NCBI GenBank assembly: GCA_963727825.1
Contig: CAVSHO010000009.1
Location: forward strand, 192,001-256,000
Length of the DNA stretch: 64,000 nucleotides
From: Ignavibacteriota bacterium
Lineage (GTDB): Bacteria; Bacteroidota; Ignavibacteria; UBA10030
Direction: 5' to 3'
A model generated the notes under the pieces. The model saw only the letters and a program-made list of their open reading frames with translations, had not been told where the DNA came from and ran no database searches. Positions 42,331 through 52,971 of this stretch are shown here, piece by piece; within the stretch, counting starts at the first letter, position 1; the number at the start of each line of letters is the position of its first letter. The position numbers were made by a program, and so were the translations under genes.

Positions 42331-44996
42331 TACCCGAGGTTCTGTGCAAGATGGACAATGAATTTTAGATACGAACTCAGAGCAAAGACTGAATCGTAAT
42401 AAAAGAACAGTCCGCCTAAAAGAATAATGCAGATGAGAATTCCGCCGGCATATGTTTTCCCGGGACTCAGATCGTACATTACCGAAATTCCCTTAAGCAC
42501 CCGTAAAAATGTCCAGAAGAGAAAGAGGAAAATAAGTACGAGTGATGGGAGTACATATGAAGCATTTTCCATAATTTTGAATATACTCATTGCGAGCGGG
42601 CTTAAGAAAATAATGGGAGCCGCGCCCCAAACAGTTACAGAATACATATGAATCCATGAGACTTGCACTTTTACAAATATCGCAATAAACTTCATCAACA
42701 GAGCAAGAACTACTCCGAGGAAAAAGAATAGACAAGTCAATGCTACAATGCCGGCAAATGGATGCCACGTTGCACGAATGAATTGATCTTTCACATAATC
42801 TATCGCGCAAAGATAAGTGATAATATAATCTGCAAATCTATCTGCGCGAAAATGGTACATTATGCTGGACAACAAACCTGCAAGTGTAATTGAGACGGCG
42901 CCGGAAAGAATGAGGGTGTGTCCGATGGAAACTGAATGCAAATCACGTAAATCTACAAAAAAATTATAAGATCGGATCAGCGCACGTTCTAAACTTTCAG
43001 CAAACCTACGATTCGTATACTCGTAGCCGATAAGAACAATTACTAATAACCCGACGAGTACATGCACCCAAGGAAAGTTCATTCGGTAATTACCTGCAGG
43101 AATAGCAGTGATTCGTTCTTCATTATAGAGTACACGAACAACTTCATACGCCAAGCGTTTCTCCCGCGCCGAACTAAGCAACCCGACAGGATGAAGATAA
43201 TGATCACCGAGTCCGAAGTTGAGTAGAGGGCGATCACCGCGCCAATCTGTTAGGGCCGACACAAAACTGCCTGCAGCGTTTGATTCCTTTATTGCGGTAT
43301 AATATTGGATAAAGAACCGCGCTTGTGCTTCTTGTGACATCGGATCGCTATAACCATTCCGGTTATTTTGCTCAACTTCTTTTCCATAACTGAGCACGAC
43401 CAATGGTTGACTGGGATGATTTTTTTTCCATTCCGATAACATCTGTCGAAAAGTTTTCAAATCACACTGGGGCAAAGTGATACCGACAAAATCCACTCCG
43501 GACGTGCAAACATCATTCTTCAACATAGATGAACCGTAATAAACAGGACGATCATCAAGCTGATGAATCACTCCAGATATTTTTTTTACAAACCCCAGGG
43601 CTTGTTCGTCTGCAGAATCAAACTGATTTCCAATACCCCACGCAAGCACACATGGATATGCGCCATCCCGTTCTATCATATCCCGTATTTGAATTTCCGC
43701 CATTGACTGGAAATCTTCTTCGTCTAATACTTGCGCCGGTACATTCCATACGGGCAATTCTTCGATAACAAGCAATCCATAGCGGCTGCAGAGATTAAGC
43801 ATATACGGATGCGGAGGATGAAATGCAAACCGAACTGCATTCGCTCCCAGCGATTTGATAAGAACGACGTCCTTCTCCATCTGTTCATATGAAAGAGACG
43901 CTCCAAATTTCGGCGAGTCTTCCTGCCAAACGACACCTTTCAACTTTATTTTGTTGCCATTAAGCACAAATGCATTGCCTACAATACTTATAGATGTAAA
44001 ACCCATATTCAAATTGTACTGGTCAACTATTGTTCTTTGCTTTCCTTCAACGGAAATGATGCTTGTTTTGAGAATATATAGCTCTGGATTCTCCGGACTC
44101 CAAAGCTTTGGTCCGTTCACCGTGAGTGCGAGCTGGACATCCGTATTTTTATTTGATTCAAGTGTAAGAGACGCTGACATTCCTTGTGCGATGAGAAGAT
44201 CCGAGAACCGTTCGTGCAGTTCAGCGTTTATAAAGTAAGAAGGTCGCTTTAATTTCAATGAAAGCGAATCTCGACTCAGCGGCGCGAACTGTTTATTGCT
44301 CAATACGCATTCAAGCCGAACAGCCGCTTGTCCCATCTGATCATTCAAGTTTGTATGAAGGTGGATGCGATCCACCCAGAGCCGTGGTGTTGCCAGCAAA
44401 TAGACATCGCGTAAAATACCACCGTAATTTTTCCATCCCCAAATTTGCTTCCATACCGGGAGCGTGTTACGGGCGCTCAATTTATTACTCACTACTACTT
44501 TGACTACATTTTCCTGTCCAATCTGCAATGCATCATCCGGCACATCAAACTCAAAACTTGTATAACCACCAACATGTTTCCCGATGAATATTTCATTAAT
44601 ATAAATTTCGCATTCGTAATTAATTCCAAGCGCCACAAACTTGAATACAAATTTTTTGAGAAACTCTTCGCTTACTGTGAAGGAACGGTGTAACGTTACC
44701 TGTCCTTCATAAGCCATCGAACTTGGAATTCCGATATCTTGCCAAATATCGCCACTGATAGAATATTGCCAAGTTCCCGCCAAGTCAATTTTTTTGCGTG
44801 TCGGTGAATCTATATGCATTCCTGCATCTAACCCCTCGAGCGTTGGCTGACCATTTGTAAGAATCAATGGCTGCGATTTTACAATGGTGCTAAGACTCGG
44901 AATGAGGGAAAGGACGAGGAATGCGAAAAAAATACGGTAAATATGAGGTTTTTTTGCCAATTTAATGAATTTGATGTACGAGGAAGTCGACTTCAT
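42330..44996 (-). CDS. Glycoside hydrolase family 2-like protein with C-terminal multi-TM domain
   Basis: HVGGYTSF, YGGILRDV, LWSPENPELY, GANAVR; about 6 C-terminal TMs; GAGG RBS before ATG 44996. Confidence 0.85.
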   Translation of the reverse strand: MKSTSSYIKFIKLAKKPHIYRIFFAFLVLSLIPSLSTIVKSQPLILTNGQPTLEGLDAGMHIDSPTRKKIDLAGTWQYSISGDIWQDIGIPSSMAYEGQVTLHRSFTVSEEFLKKFVFKFVALGINYECEIYINEIFIGKHVGGYTSFEFDVPDDALQIGQENVVKVVVSNKLSARNTLPVWKQIWGWKNYGGILRDVYLLATPRLWVDRIHLHTNLNDQMGQAAVRLECVLSNKQFAPLSRDSLSLKLKRPSYFINAELHERFSDLLIAQGMSASLTLESNKNTDVQLALTVNGPKLWSPENPELYILKTSIISVEGKQRTIVDQYNLNMGFTSISIVGNAFVLNGNKIKLKGVVWQEDSPKFGASLSYEQMEKDVVLIKSLGANAVRFAFHPPHPYMLNLCSRYGLLVIEELPVWNVPAQVLDEEDFQSMAEIQIRDMIERDGAYPCVLAWGIGNQFDSADEQALGFVKKISGVIHQLDDRPVYYGSSMLKNDVCTSGVDFVGITLPQCDLKTFRQMLSEWKKNHPSQPLVVLSYGKEVEQNNRNGYSDPMSQEAQARFFIQYYTAIKESNAAGSFVSALTDWRGDRPLLNFGLGDHYLHPVGLLSSAREKRLAYEVVRVLYNEERITAIPAGNYRMNFPWVHVLVGLLVIVLIGYEYTNRRFAESLERALIRSYNFFVDLRDLHSVSIGHTLILSGAVSITLAGLLSSIMYHFRADRFADYIITYLCAIDYVKDQFIRATWHPFAGIVALTCLFFFLGVVLALLMKFIAIFVKVQVSWIHMYSVTVWGAAPIIFLSPLAMSIFKIMENASYVLPSLVLIFLFLFWTFLRVLKGISVMYDLSPGKTYAGGILICIILLGGLFFYYDSVFALSSYLKFIVHLAQNLG

Positions 44997-45229
44997 CGAA
45001 CCTCGATAAAGCCAGGTTGCCGTCATCTATAACGGCATCGCCCAAAATCATATTAATATAATACAAAAAACCAGCGAAAGCAATGGAATTTCAGTACAAT
45101 TAGTGGTTTCTATGACGAATGTTTATTATGATTTCAGAGAAAACTGACATCGAATAAAATCAATTCTTAAGTTACGTTGAATTAATATCAACAAAAGCTG
45201 ACTTAGCGTACAGAAAGTGAGATGTTTTT

Positions 45230-47794
45230 ATGACTCGACCGATTCTTTCCTACACAGTTGCTCCTTCAATTCCAAAAGAACTTCAATGTCTTCAATCAAT
45301 TGCATATAATCTGCTTTGGGTGTGGGATCACGAATTGATGGAACTTTTTATGCGAATTGATTTGGATTTATGGGAACTCACAAATCGCAATCCTGTACAA
45401 ATGTTAGGTATGATTAAGCAGGAACGATTAAACACATTGATGCGAGATGATGCGTTTCTCGCTCAAGTGGAACGTGCATGGCGGCGTTTTACCGAATATC
45501 AGGATAACAAATCGAGCTGGTTTCTTAAAACTCATCCTGCAGAAAAAGACGTTTGCTTTGCATATTTCTCAGCAGAGTTTGGATTGACCGAGTGTCTGCA
45601 AAATTATTCCGGCGGACTGGGAATCCTTTCCGGCGATCACTTGAAAGCTGCCAGTGATTTAGGACTGCCGCTCGTCGGTGTCGGATTATTATATCAGCAA
45701 GGATATTTTCGCCAATATTTGAACGCTGACGGATGGCAGCAAGAACGAAATCCGGAAAATGATTTTTATGCACTTCCACTTAAACAAGTGCTCGACCCCA
45801 ATGGAAAGCCAATGACTGTTTCAGTTGATCTTCCCGGCAGGCAAGTGTTTGCACAGATTTGGTTAGTACAAGTCGGACGTGTAAAGCTTTATCTTCTTGA
45901 TACAAATATTCCTCAAAATTCTCCGCAAGACCAAGACATAACAGATCAGTTGTATGGAGGCGATCGTGAATTGCGCATCAAACAAGAGATTCTGCTGGGA
46001 ATTGGCGGCTGTCGTGCATTGAAAGCTGTCGGATTGAAACCATCTGTATATCATTTGAATGAAGGGCATTCATCGTTCCTGACATTAGAGCATTGCCGTG
46101 AGCTAATGCAAGAGTACAAAATAAGTTTTACAGAAGCTCGCGAAGAAACAATTGCAAGCACTGTTTTCACTACACATACTCCTGTGCCTGCCGGTAATGA
46201 TTACTTTGAACCAAAGCTTGTAGAGCAATATTTCAACCAGTACTATCGGGAGTTGGGATTAACACAAGTAGAATTTCTCGCACTTGGACGCGAGAATCCA
46301 AATAACGCCGCCGAAAGTTTTTGCATGACTATTCTTGCGCTTAAAATGTCCGGACATAGCAACGGTGTAAGCAAACTGCACGGCAAAGTATCGCGAGAGA
46401 TGTGGAAGAATGTCTGGCCTGGTATTCCCGTACATGACATCCCAATTATCTCTATCACAAATGGCGTACACGCGCCATCGTGGATCAGCCGCGATATGGC
46501 TGGATTGTTTGATCGGTACCTTGGTCCCGGCTGGCGCGAAGATGCTGAACAACAATATGGATTATGGGGACGAGTGCATCATATTCCCGACGAAGAACTT
46601 TGGCGCACACACGAACGCCGACGCGAAAGACTTGTCGCCTTTGCGCGCAGCCGTCTGCGATTACAACTCGAAGCCCGTGGTGCAACTCCTTCCGAAATAG
46701 CGCAAGCAGACGAGATTCTAAATCCGGAAGCATTTACTATCGGCTTCTCTCGACGTTTCGCAACGTATAAGCGTTCGACTCTTCTTCTCCGAAATCCTGA
46801 GCGTCTTATCAATATTTTGAATAATAAGGAACGGCCTGTGCAAATTATCTTCGCAGGGAAAGCACATCCTCACGATAACCCAGGAAAAGAATTAATCCGC
46901 CAAATAATTCATTTCGAGCGCCGGCCAGAAGCGCGCAGACGAATGGTCTTTATCGAAGATTATGATATGGTCGTTGCGCGTTACCTTGTGCAAGGCGTTG
47001 ATGTGTGGCTCAATACACCGCTCCGTCCAATGGAAGCCAGCGGAACGAGCGGTATGAAAGCGACGCTAAACGGTGCAATCAACGTAAGCATCCTAGATGG
47101 CTGGTGGGCTGAAGCATGCAACTCTAACACCGGCTGGGCAATCGGCCGCGGAGAGGAATATCGCGATGAAGAGTATCAGAACGAAGTGGAATCGAACGCA
47201 CTTTTCGATCTTCTCGAAAAAGAAATCATCCCATTGTTCTATTCGCGCACAGCAGATAACCTCCCTCGTTCATGGATTAGTAAAATGAAAAGCGCTATAC
47301 GAGAAATCGGGCCAGAATACAATACCAACCGGATGGTGCGCCAGTATGCAATAGAAATGTACCTACCGGCTCTTCAACGTGCCGAAGCTCTTTCTGAAAA
47401 CAAACTTGAGCGAGCGAAGCAACTCGCCGCTTGGAAACAAAATCTTCGTAACAATTGGAACACGCTCAAAATTCTTGACATCAAGATAGATAAACACGAC
47501 GGCTTCAAAGTTGGCGATGAATGTATTGTTCACGCTCAGTTAGACTTAGGCAAATTCAAACCAGAAGACGTTTCTGTGGAAATATTTTTTGGGCCGCTCG
47601 ACGCAAAAGGCGATATTGATTCACCTAAAACATTGCCCATGCAGTTCGGTAAGAAGATAACTGATGGTACTTATGAGTTTATCGGAACCATCAAACTTGA
47701 AACAAGTGGAAGGATGGGGCACACCGTACGTATTCTGCCTAAACATCCGGATATCGACAATTCATTCCGCGAGGGACTAATACTTTGGGCGTGA
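45230..47794 (+). CDS. glgP: Alpha-glucan phosphorylase
   Basis: YSGGLG, HLNEGH, RRFATYKR, EASGTSGMK (PLP Lys). Confidence 0.96.
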   Translation: MTRPILSYTVAPSIPKELQCLQSIAYNLLWVWDHELMELFMRIDLDLWELTNRNPVQMLGMIKQERLNTLMRDDAFLAQVERAWRRFTEYQDNKSSWFLKTHPAEKDVCFAYFSAEFGLTECLQNYSGGLGILSGDHLKAASDLGLPLVGVGLLYQQGYFRQYLNADGWQQERNPENDFYALPLKQVLDPNGKPMTVSVDLPGRQVFAQIWLVQVGRVKLYLLDTNIPQNSPQDQDITDQLYGGDRELRIKQEILLGIGGCRALKAVGLKPSVYHLNEGHSSFLTLEHCRELMQEYKISFTEAREETIASTVFTTHTPVPAGNDYFEPKLVEQYFNQYYRELGLTQVEFLALGRENPNNAAESFCMTILALKMSGHSNGVSKLHGKVSREMWKNVWPGIPVHDIPIISITNGVHAPSWISRDMAGLFDRYLGPGWREDAEQQYGLWGRVHHIPDEELWRTHERRRERLVAFARSRLRLQLEARGATPSEIAQADEILNPEAFTIGFSRRFATYKRSTLLLRNPERLINILNNKERPVQIIFAGKAHPHDNPGKELIRQIIHFERRPEARRRMVFIEDYDMVVARYLVQGVDVWLNTPLRPMEASGTSGMKATLNGAINVSILDGWWAEACNSNTGWAIGRGEEYRDEEYQNEVESNALFDLLEKEIIPLFYSRTADNLPRSWISKMKSAIREIGPEYNTNRMVRQYAIEMYLPALQRAEALSENKLERAKQLAAWKQNLRNNWNTLKILDIKIDKHDGFKVGDECIVHAQLDLGKFKPEDVSVEIFFGPLDAKGDIDSPKTLPMQFGKKITDGTYEFIGTIKLETSGRMGHTVRILPKHPDIDNSFREGLILWA

Positions 47795-47805
47795 ATGTCC
47801 TCTTC

Positions 47806-47833
47806 GTAGGGACGTTCAGCTGAACGTCCCTAC
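47806..47833. repeat. GTAG-type REP, perfect 28-bp palindrome
   Basis: GTAGGGACGTTCAGCTGAACGTCCCTAC between convergent genes. Confidence 0.8.
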
Positions 47834-47852
47834 AAACTTCATCTTTCTCACT

Positions 47853-50045
47853 TCAACGCTTTTTATCTTTATCGTCCGAGCTACGATTTGGCGCAGGTTT
47901 TGAATTTCTGGGAATCGATGAACGTTCGGTTGCACGCTGACGCACATTGCTATCACGGACTATTTCTTGTTTCGCCGGTGTCTCGCCAGCTTTCTTCCAG
48001 GTATTCTGATCACGTTGCTGCCAACCTTGAGAAGTGCTACGCATAATGTTGCCGTTCGGAGCTGCATAGACATTATTTTCTTTTATTGATGAACGAGTAA
48101 CAATTATCCGCCGTTCAGGTTGTGGAGCAGTAGGAGTTACTGGCCTAGCTATCGGGCGAGCTTCGGGTTGGCGCATCTCTGTCGGCGTTGTTCTCGTAAC
48201 TTCCCCTGAAGGTCTTGGAATCGCAATCGCAACCGGGCGTCTTACTCCGGATGATCTATTATCATAAAGAGTTGCAGCGTGAGTCAGACCGGAAGTACGT
48301 CTTACATCCTTAGGCGATCTAACGGCTGGTGCGCTTGAAGCTATCTGTCGGTACACCGGATGATATCCTTCACGATAGACCGGCTTCGTAGCTGGATGAT
48401 AAACCGGGCGATATTCCGCCGGACCCCACCACCCTGCATACACATCCTTTGAATGGTATGCAAACCATCCCCGTGACTGTCCCCATCCGGCGCCGAATGA
48501 CCAGCCAGTCCAAGGATCGTAGTGAACATTGAATCCCCATGTCCATGGCCGTGCATAATATTTCCTCTTGTACCATGGATGGTAATTGTACCCTGTTCCG
48601 TACACTACCGTTCTGCCATAGACATAACAACCTGTGTAACCCGCGGTGTATCCAACATACACAAAATCGGGAGTGTAATTGTAAACGCGAACATAACGGA
48701 CGTTATACACAGGGCATCGCGATGGAATTGTATAGATAACTTCAGGAACATTGATGCAGACTTCCCACGGACCAAATGGAGTCGCTCCATCAAACCATAT
48801 TCCTCTATCACAGTCATAGTATCGACCGTTAACGCGAATTATCGCTGCCGATGTATTCACTGCATAATCCATTCCAGTGTTCTCGATCTGATCGAACTGT
48901 GGATCTCCGTCATATTCAACCTGACTTGTCGCTTGTGTACGATCCACTTCTGCCATTTGTGGAATCTGTGCATCAAAAATAGCTTCTTTTGCCGGTATTG
49001 TCCCCGCAACACTCGCGAGCACATCATCGCACTCAGAGCCGGGAGGGATGTTTTTAAAATCTGCGGGCAATTTGTCTGATGCAATGAAGGCCCATGGGCC
49101 CGTTATAGACTTTGCAGTGTACCACCTTCCTGATATAAGAATGAAGCGTTGTTGCGTTTTGATCTCGAGAAACAACCGGCTTGGAGTATTACTTGCATAA
49201 AGAAGTCCAGTTCCCTGGATAGGTACAAGTTGCATGGGCCCGTCCGTGGCTATCAATTCTGTCGGTTCTGTGCTCACGACGATCTCCGGCACTTTTCCGG
49301 TCTTCGATACAATGTCATTCGCCGTCGAATCTTCATACGATTCATCATGGGATTTCATTTGATCGGAAAGATTAACAACGGGGTTCGGGGGAGTAGCAAT
49401 TTGACGCCAGGGTCCTTTTATTTGCTTCGCACTGTACCATATTTCACCTCCGCAAAGGAAGAAATTCTCCGCAGAAATATCCTGAACTAAAAAATATGGA
49501 GTATTGACGACGCGCTTCAGAGAAGTTCCCTCAACGTTTGTGAGAATCGGATCGCCGTCAATCTGAACGAGCACGGCGGGATGATTCATAACGATAATTT
49601 TGGGCGAAGTCACTTCGAGTTCGTGAGCGTTGTCTCTTTCTTTCTGTGTTGTCTCAAGGCTTTCGAGAAGCAGATCGAGCGAGAAGGTGAGATCAGAACG
49701 AGGTATCACTTCTTCCAACGCTTCAGCAATTTTTGCCGTATCTGCATCGGTTCCTTCCGGGAATCTAATCTTCCGCACTTCCATTCCTTCAAGCTTCACT
49801 GTTCTTGTCGGGCGGTCGGTAAGCACCGTGCACCTCACCCAGATCGCTCCAAACACAGGTTCATCCGTATCATTCTTGACAATGGAAACAGCGGCACGGG
49901 CTTTCAGAGAATCTCCGGAGTACGATTCGATCTGCGGTTGATACATGGTGATCGTGCCCTCTGTGCTCAATACTTCGCGAGGCCAATCGTCGGCATACAG
50001 CGATATTGTACAACATATCATAGACGCTATAAGTAAGTACTTCAT
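47853..50045 (-). CDS. Secreted hypothetical protein with Trp/Tyr/Gly-rich region and disordered R/P/S/T tail
   Basis: Signal peptide; repeated WY...GPW units; AGGAGG RBS. Confidence 0.8.
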   Translation of the reverse strand: MKYLLIASMICCTISLYADDWPREVLSTEGTITMYQPQIESYSGDSLKARAAVSIVKNDTDEPVFGAIWVRCTVLTDRPTRTVKLEGMEVRKIRFPEGTDADTAKIAEALEEVIPRSDLTFSLDLLLESLETTQKERDNAHELEVTSPKIIVMNHPAVLVQIDGDPILTNVEGTSLKRVVNTPYFLVQDISAENFFLCGGEIWYSAKQIKGPWRQIATPPNPVVNLSDQMKSHDESYEDSTANDIVSKTGKVPEIVVSTEPTELIATDGPMQLVPIQGTGLLYASNTPSRLFLEIKTQQRFILISGRWYTAKSITGPWAFIASDKLPADFKNIPPGSECDDVLASVAGTIPAKEAIFDAQIPQMAEVDRTQATSQVEYDGDPQFDQIENTGMDYAVNTSAAIIRVNGRYYDCDRGIWFDGATPFGPWEVCINVPEVIYTIPSRCPVYNVRYVRVYNYTPDFVYVGYTAGYTGCYVYGRTVVYGTGYNYHPWYKRKYYARPWTWGFNVHYDPWTGWSFGAGWGQSRGWFAYHSKDVYAGWWGPAEYRPVYHPATKPVYREGYHPVYRQIASSAPAVRSPKDVRRTSGLTHAATLYDNRSSGVRRPVAIAIPRPSGEVTRTTPTEMRQPEARPIARPVTPTAPQPERRIIVTRSSIKENNVYAAPNGNIMRSTSQGWQQRDQNTWKKAGETPAKQEIVRDSNVRQRATERSSIPRNSKPAPNRSSDDKDKKR

Positions 50046-50520
50046 ATTCTTCCTCCTTTAGTATGCTTTATAATAGATAATCGTCATCTGAAATTCCAAT
50101 TTATATTCATTTTCAATCTTCCAGATACTCTCGCTGCACATATTAAACGTAATTGATAGCAAAAGGGTGCCTGAATTGGCAAGATAAAAAAATTTTCTTT
50201 CTATCCTTTTAGCCGTTATCGGTAATGCGACAATAGCCATACCACAATTATTTCAGCCAAAATACATCAAAACTTTATGTAGACTGTACACAAGAATAAT
50301 CACAGAGAACTGTAAAAGGGACATTGCAAATCCTTGTAACTTGTCATTACATCGGATTGTTAGACGCCGGAGTATTGATTAGGTATGGCAAGATGATCGA
50401 AGCGCTGCTAAACGCCCATAGGCATTTATTAATTGTCCAGACTATCGGATGATGCGGTGAATTGTTGATACTTTCAAAGGATCGATTTGATTTAACTACA
50501 GGATATGTTTGAAAGATATT

Positions 50521-51072
50521 TTAATTCCTTTTCCAGCTAACCCTATCTCCTTCTTTAATGACATATTTATCGGTAAAACCGGCATTTACCTCAAGTACCA
50601 AAAGTGTCATTGCGGTAGCTTGATATGCTTGCTCTGAGAATGGTGTAGTGTTTTTACAAATTGTAACAATCTCTCCAAACTTATTGATGAAAATCATATC
50701 CAGTGAAAGAATACAATTCTTCATCCAGAATGACGCCATATATTCCTCTTCGAACACGAAAAGCATACCTTGTCGTTCTTCCATCACCGATCGCCCCATC
50801 ATACCGACTTCGCGTTTGCTGTCATCGTCGGCAATTTCAATATCGATAGAAACTATCGGCTTACCATTACGATTCGTAATTGTACATTCACCCTGCTTCT
50901 TAAACATTGGAGCTACAGGTAAAGCCGATGTATCGGTTGCAGTTTTTTTGGGGATAAAAATGATAATGAGCGCAATGGCAATGGTTGCTATGGAAATTCC
51001 TATTTGCATACGACGCCTTGATTTCAGTTTAGTATCATTTTGTTGATCTGTGGAATTGATTTCTTTTGACAT
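50521..51072 (-). CDS. DUF192 family protein
   Basis: EIAD, GMLFVF, FWMKN, LDMIF, VLEVNAG. Confidence 0.9.
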   Translation of the reverse strand: MSKEINSTDQQNDTKLKSRRRMQIGISIATIAIALIIIFIPKKTATDTSALPVAPMFKKQGECTITNRNGKPIVSIDIEIADDDSKREVGMMGRSVMEERQGMLFVFEEEYMASFWMKNCILSLDMIFINKFGEIVTICKNTTPFSEQAYQATAMTLLVLEVNAGFTDKYVIKEGDRVSWKRN

Positions 51073-51107
51073 ATCTTTTTCATTGTTAGTGAAACAACAG
51101 TTTATAC

Positions 51108-52808
51108 TTATCGAATACTTCCCGCCGCTTTCGGAACAAGCGTAAAGCGAGGTTCAATATCTATTGGAATAGATCCGAGTTTGTCGAGTCCCTTTTGCAT
51201 TACCGGACGGACAACAGCATACTTCTCAATCAGTGCTTTGGCTTTTGAGTACGATCCTTCTGCTTCAATCGTGAGTATTTCACCGGTTAATTTACGCACA
51301 GCATTTTTAATTTTTAAGCTGTCGACGCTGAATGTACCTGCTGCTTCATCAAACTTGATTGCTCCTTCATCTGATAGAAAGTTGAATTGCATTGCAACGC
51401 CTTTGCCATGCGCTTCGTTTATACCGAACCTCACAGAACGAAACATGCTGGTAAGATAAGTTGTGTACATTTCTTCTTCCATCTTCTTATCAAGAAGTCC
51501 TTTGTCTACTAGAAATTGAAGCGCGAAGAGTCCTGTAATATCAGCTTTCGCTTCCTCGATTGCAGAATACAACTCTTTCAATTCCTGCCGGACATTTGTT
51601 TCTTTTCCGTTCATTATAATATTGTGCGGGCCTAAACCGTGCATCAGCTCGTGCGCGAGTATATGTGTAAAGAATGCGTCGAACGATAAATATTTCTGCT
51701 GCGACTGAGAAAGCACCATTTGGGAAATCGGTATAAGCACTTTGTCGAATTTTGCCTCTTGCATATTTTTCAGCATCACGCGCTTCGAACCTTTTTCGCG
51801 GATAACTCGCTCATCATTCGGTAAATTATATGCCGCTGTCTGCACTCCGCGATTTCCTTCGCCCGCCGCATAAATCACATCTACTACACGGATGGGCGAC
51901 ATAGCTGCGAGCTTTGGATTGCGATACTTTGCATCAAAGGGAAGATTGTTCTCAATATCCTGCAAGTAGCCGCTGAATTTAATCAGCTTCGCCGATTCGG
52001 CTTCATCGCGCAGCGCTACAAACACTTCGAATGCCGCCTTATAATTGAACAATTCATCCATATAAGTTTCGTACGGGCCGATAGTTAATTCAATCGGCGC
52101 ATCAAGTTCCATCCATGCAACATCGCTGGCATAATAATCGTTACTAACAAATGCATCTGCACGCGAAGTTAGAAATTTTTTCAGAGTTGCATTTTCAGTT
52201 GATTGAGCGGCTTCCATTAAGAGTTTTGCCGCAGGATCAAGCCATTCACGATATTCTTTGCTATATGGAATTGTCTGAATCTTACCGTCTTCGGTTCGTC
52301 GGATAACATAGAAGAATCCTGTTGCTTTTTCACGTTCCTTTTCATTTAATCCATTAATCCATTTTGAAAAATTTTCCTTCGTCATATTTTGCGGGATAGT
52401 AATTCGCTCCGGCTGGTTTTTCCTTCGGTGCACCATCTATGAATGGTGCATTATTATCCAATAGCGACCATGGTCCCATATTTATTCGGAAGTAATGGAG
52501 CAGTTCTTGCCCTGCCGTCGTCGAATCCATTTCTAACTTCTTCAACATTTCTGCATTGCCACTCCAGACTTGGCGAAGGAATATCGGATCCATCAATTGA
52601 GCCGCTTCAATAATTTTATTTAAAGCTTTGATATCGCCGGGAGATAGTTTGCTAATATCGGCAGAAATTTCTGTTGGGACAAAGCGAGCGATTTTTTGTT
52701 CAAGAGTCATTTGCAGTTTTTTCTTTGATAGATTCCTGTCTCTTACATGCAACAAACGAAACTGTAAGCAGGACTGCCAAGTGTGATAAATGAGATCGGA
52801 TTTTTCAT
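51108..52808 (-). CDS. M49 (DPP-III/NUDT3-like) metallopeptidase lipoprotein, three apparent frameshifts
   Basis: IGPYETY, NLPND, HELMHGLG, EEAKAD; corrected N-terminus MKNPISFITLAVLLTVSFVAC. Confidence 0.85.
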
Positions 52809-52912
52809 AACTTTTTTTCATGGAGTTGTTGAATTCATGTGTCATAAATTAATAACAATTTGAGGAATGGAGGCGGCAAAAGCAAGAAGGAAAATAAGAA
52901 TGAATACAAACG

Positions 52913-52950
52913 AAAAAGCTGGGAGAGAACGTCTAGCTCATTCCCAGCTT
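52913..52950 (-). terminator. Intrinsic terminator of the DEAD-box helicase gene
   Basis: AAGCTGGGA / TCCCAGCTT stem followed by a U-run on the - strand. Confidence 0.7.
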
Positions 52951-52971
52951 ATAACATTTTAAATCTCTTCT

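Noticed and set aside
50058-50520. Long intergenic region with a 60-aa ORF
   Set aside because: No RBS, motif or clear structure that I can support.
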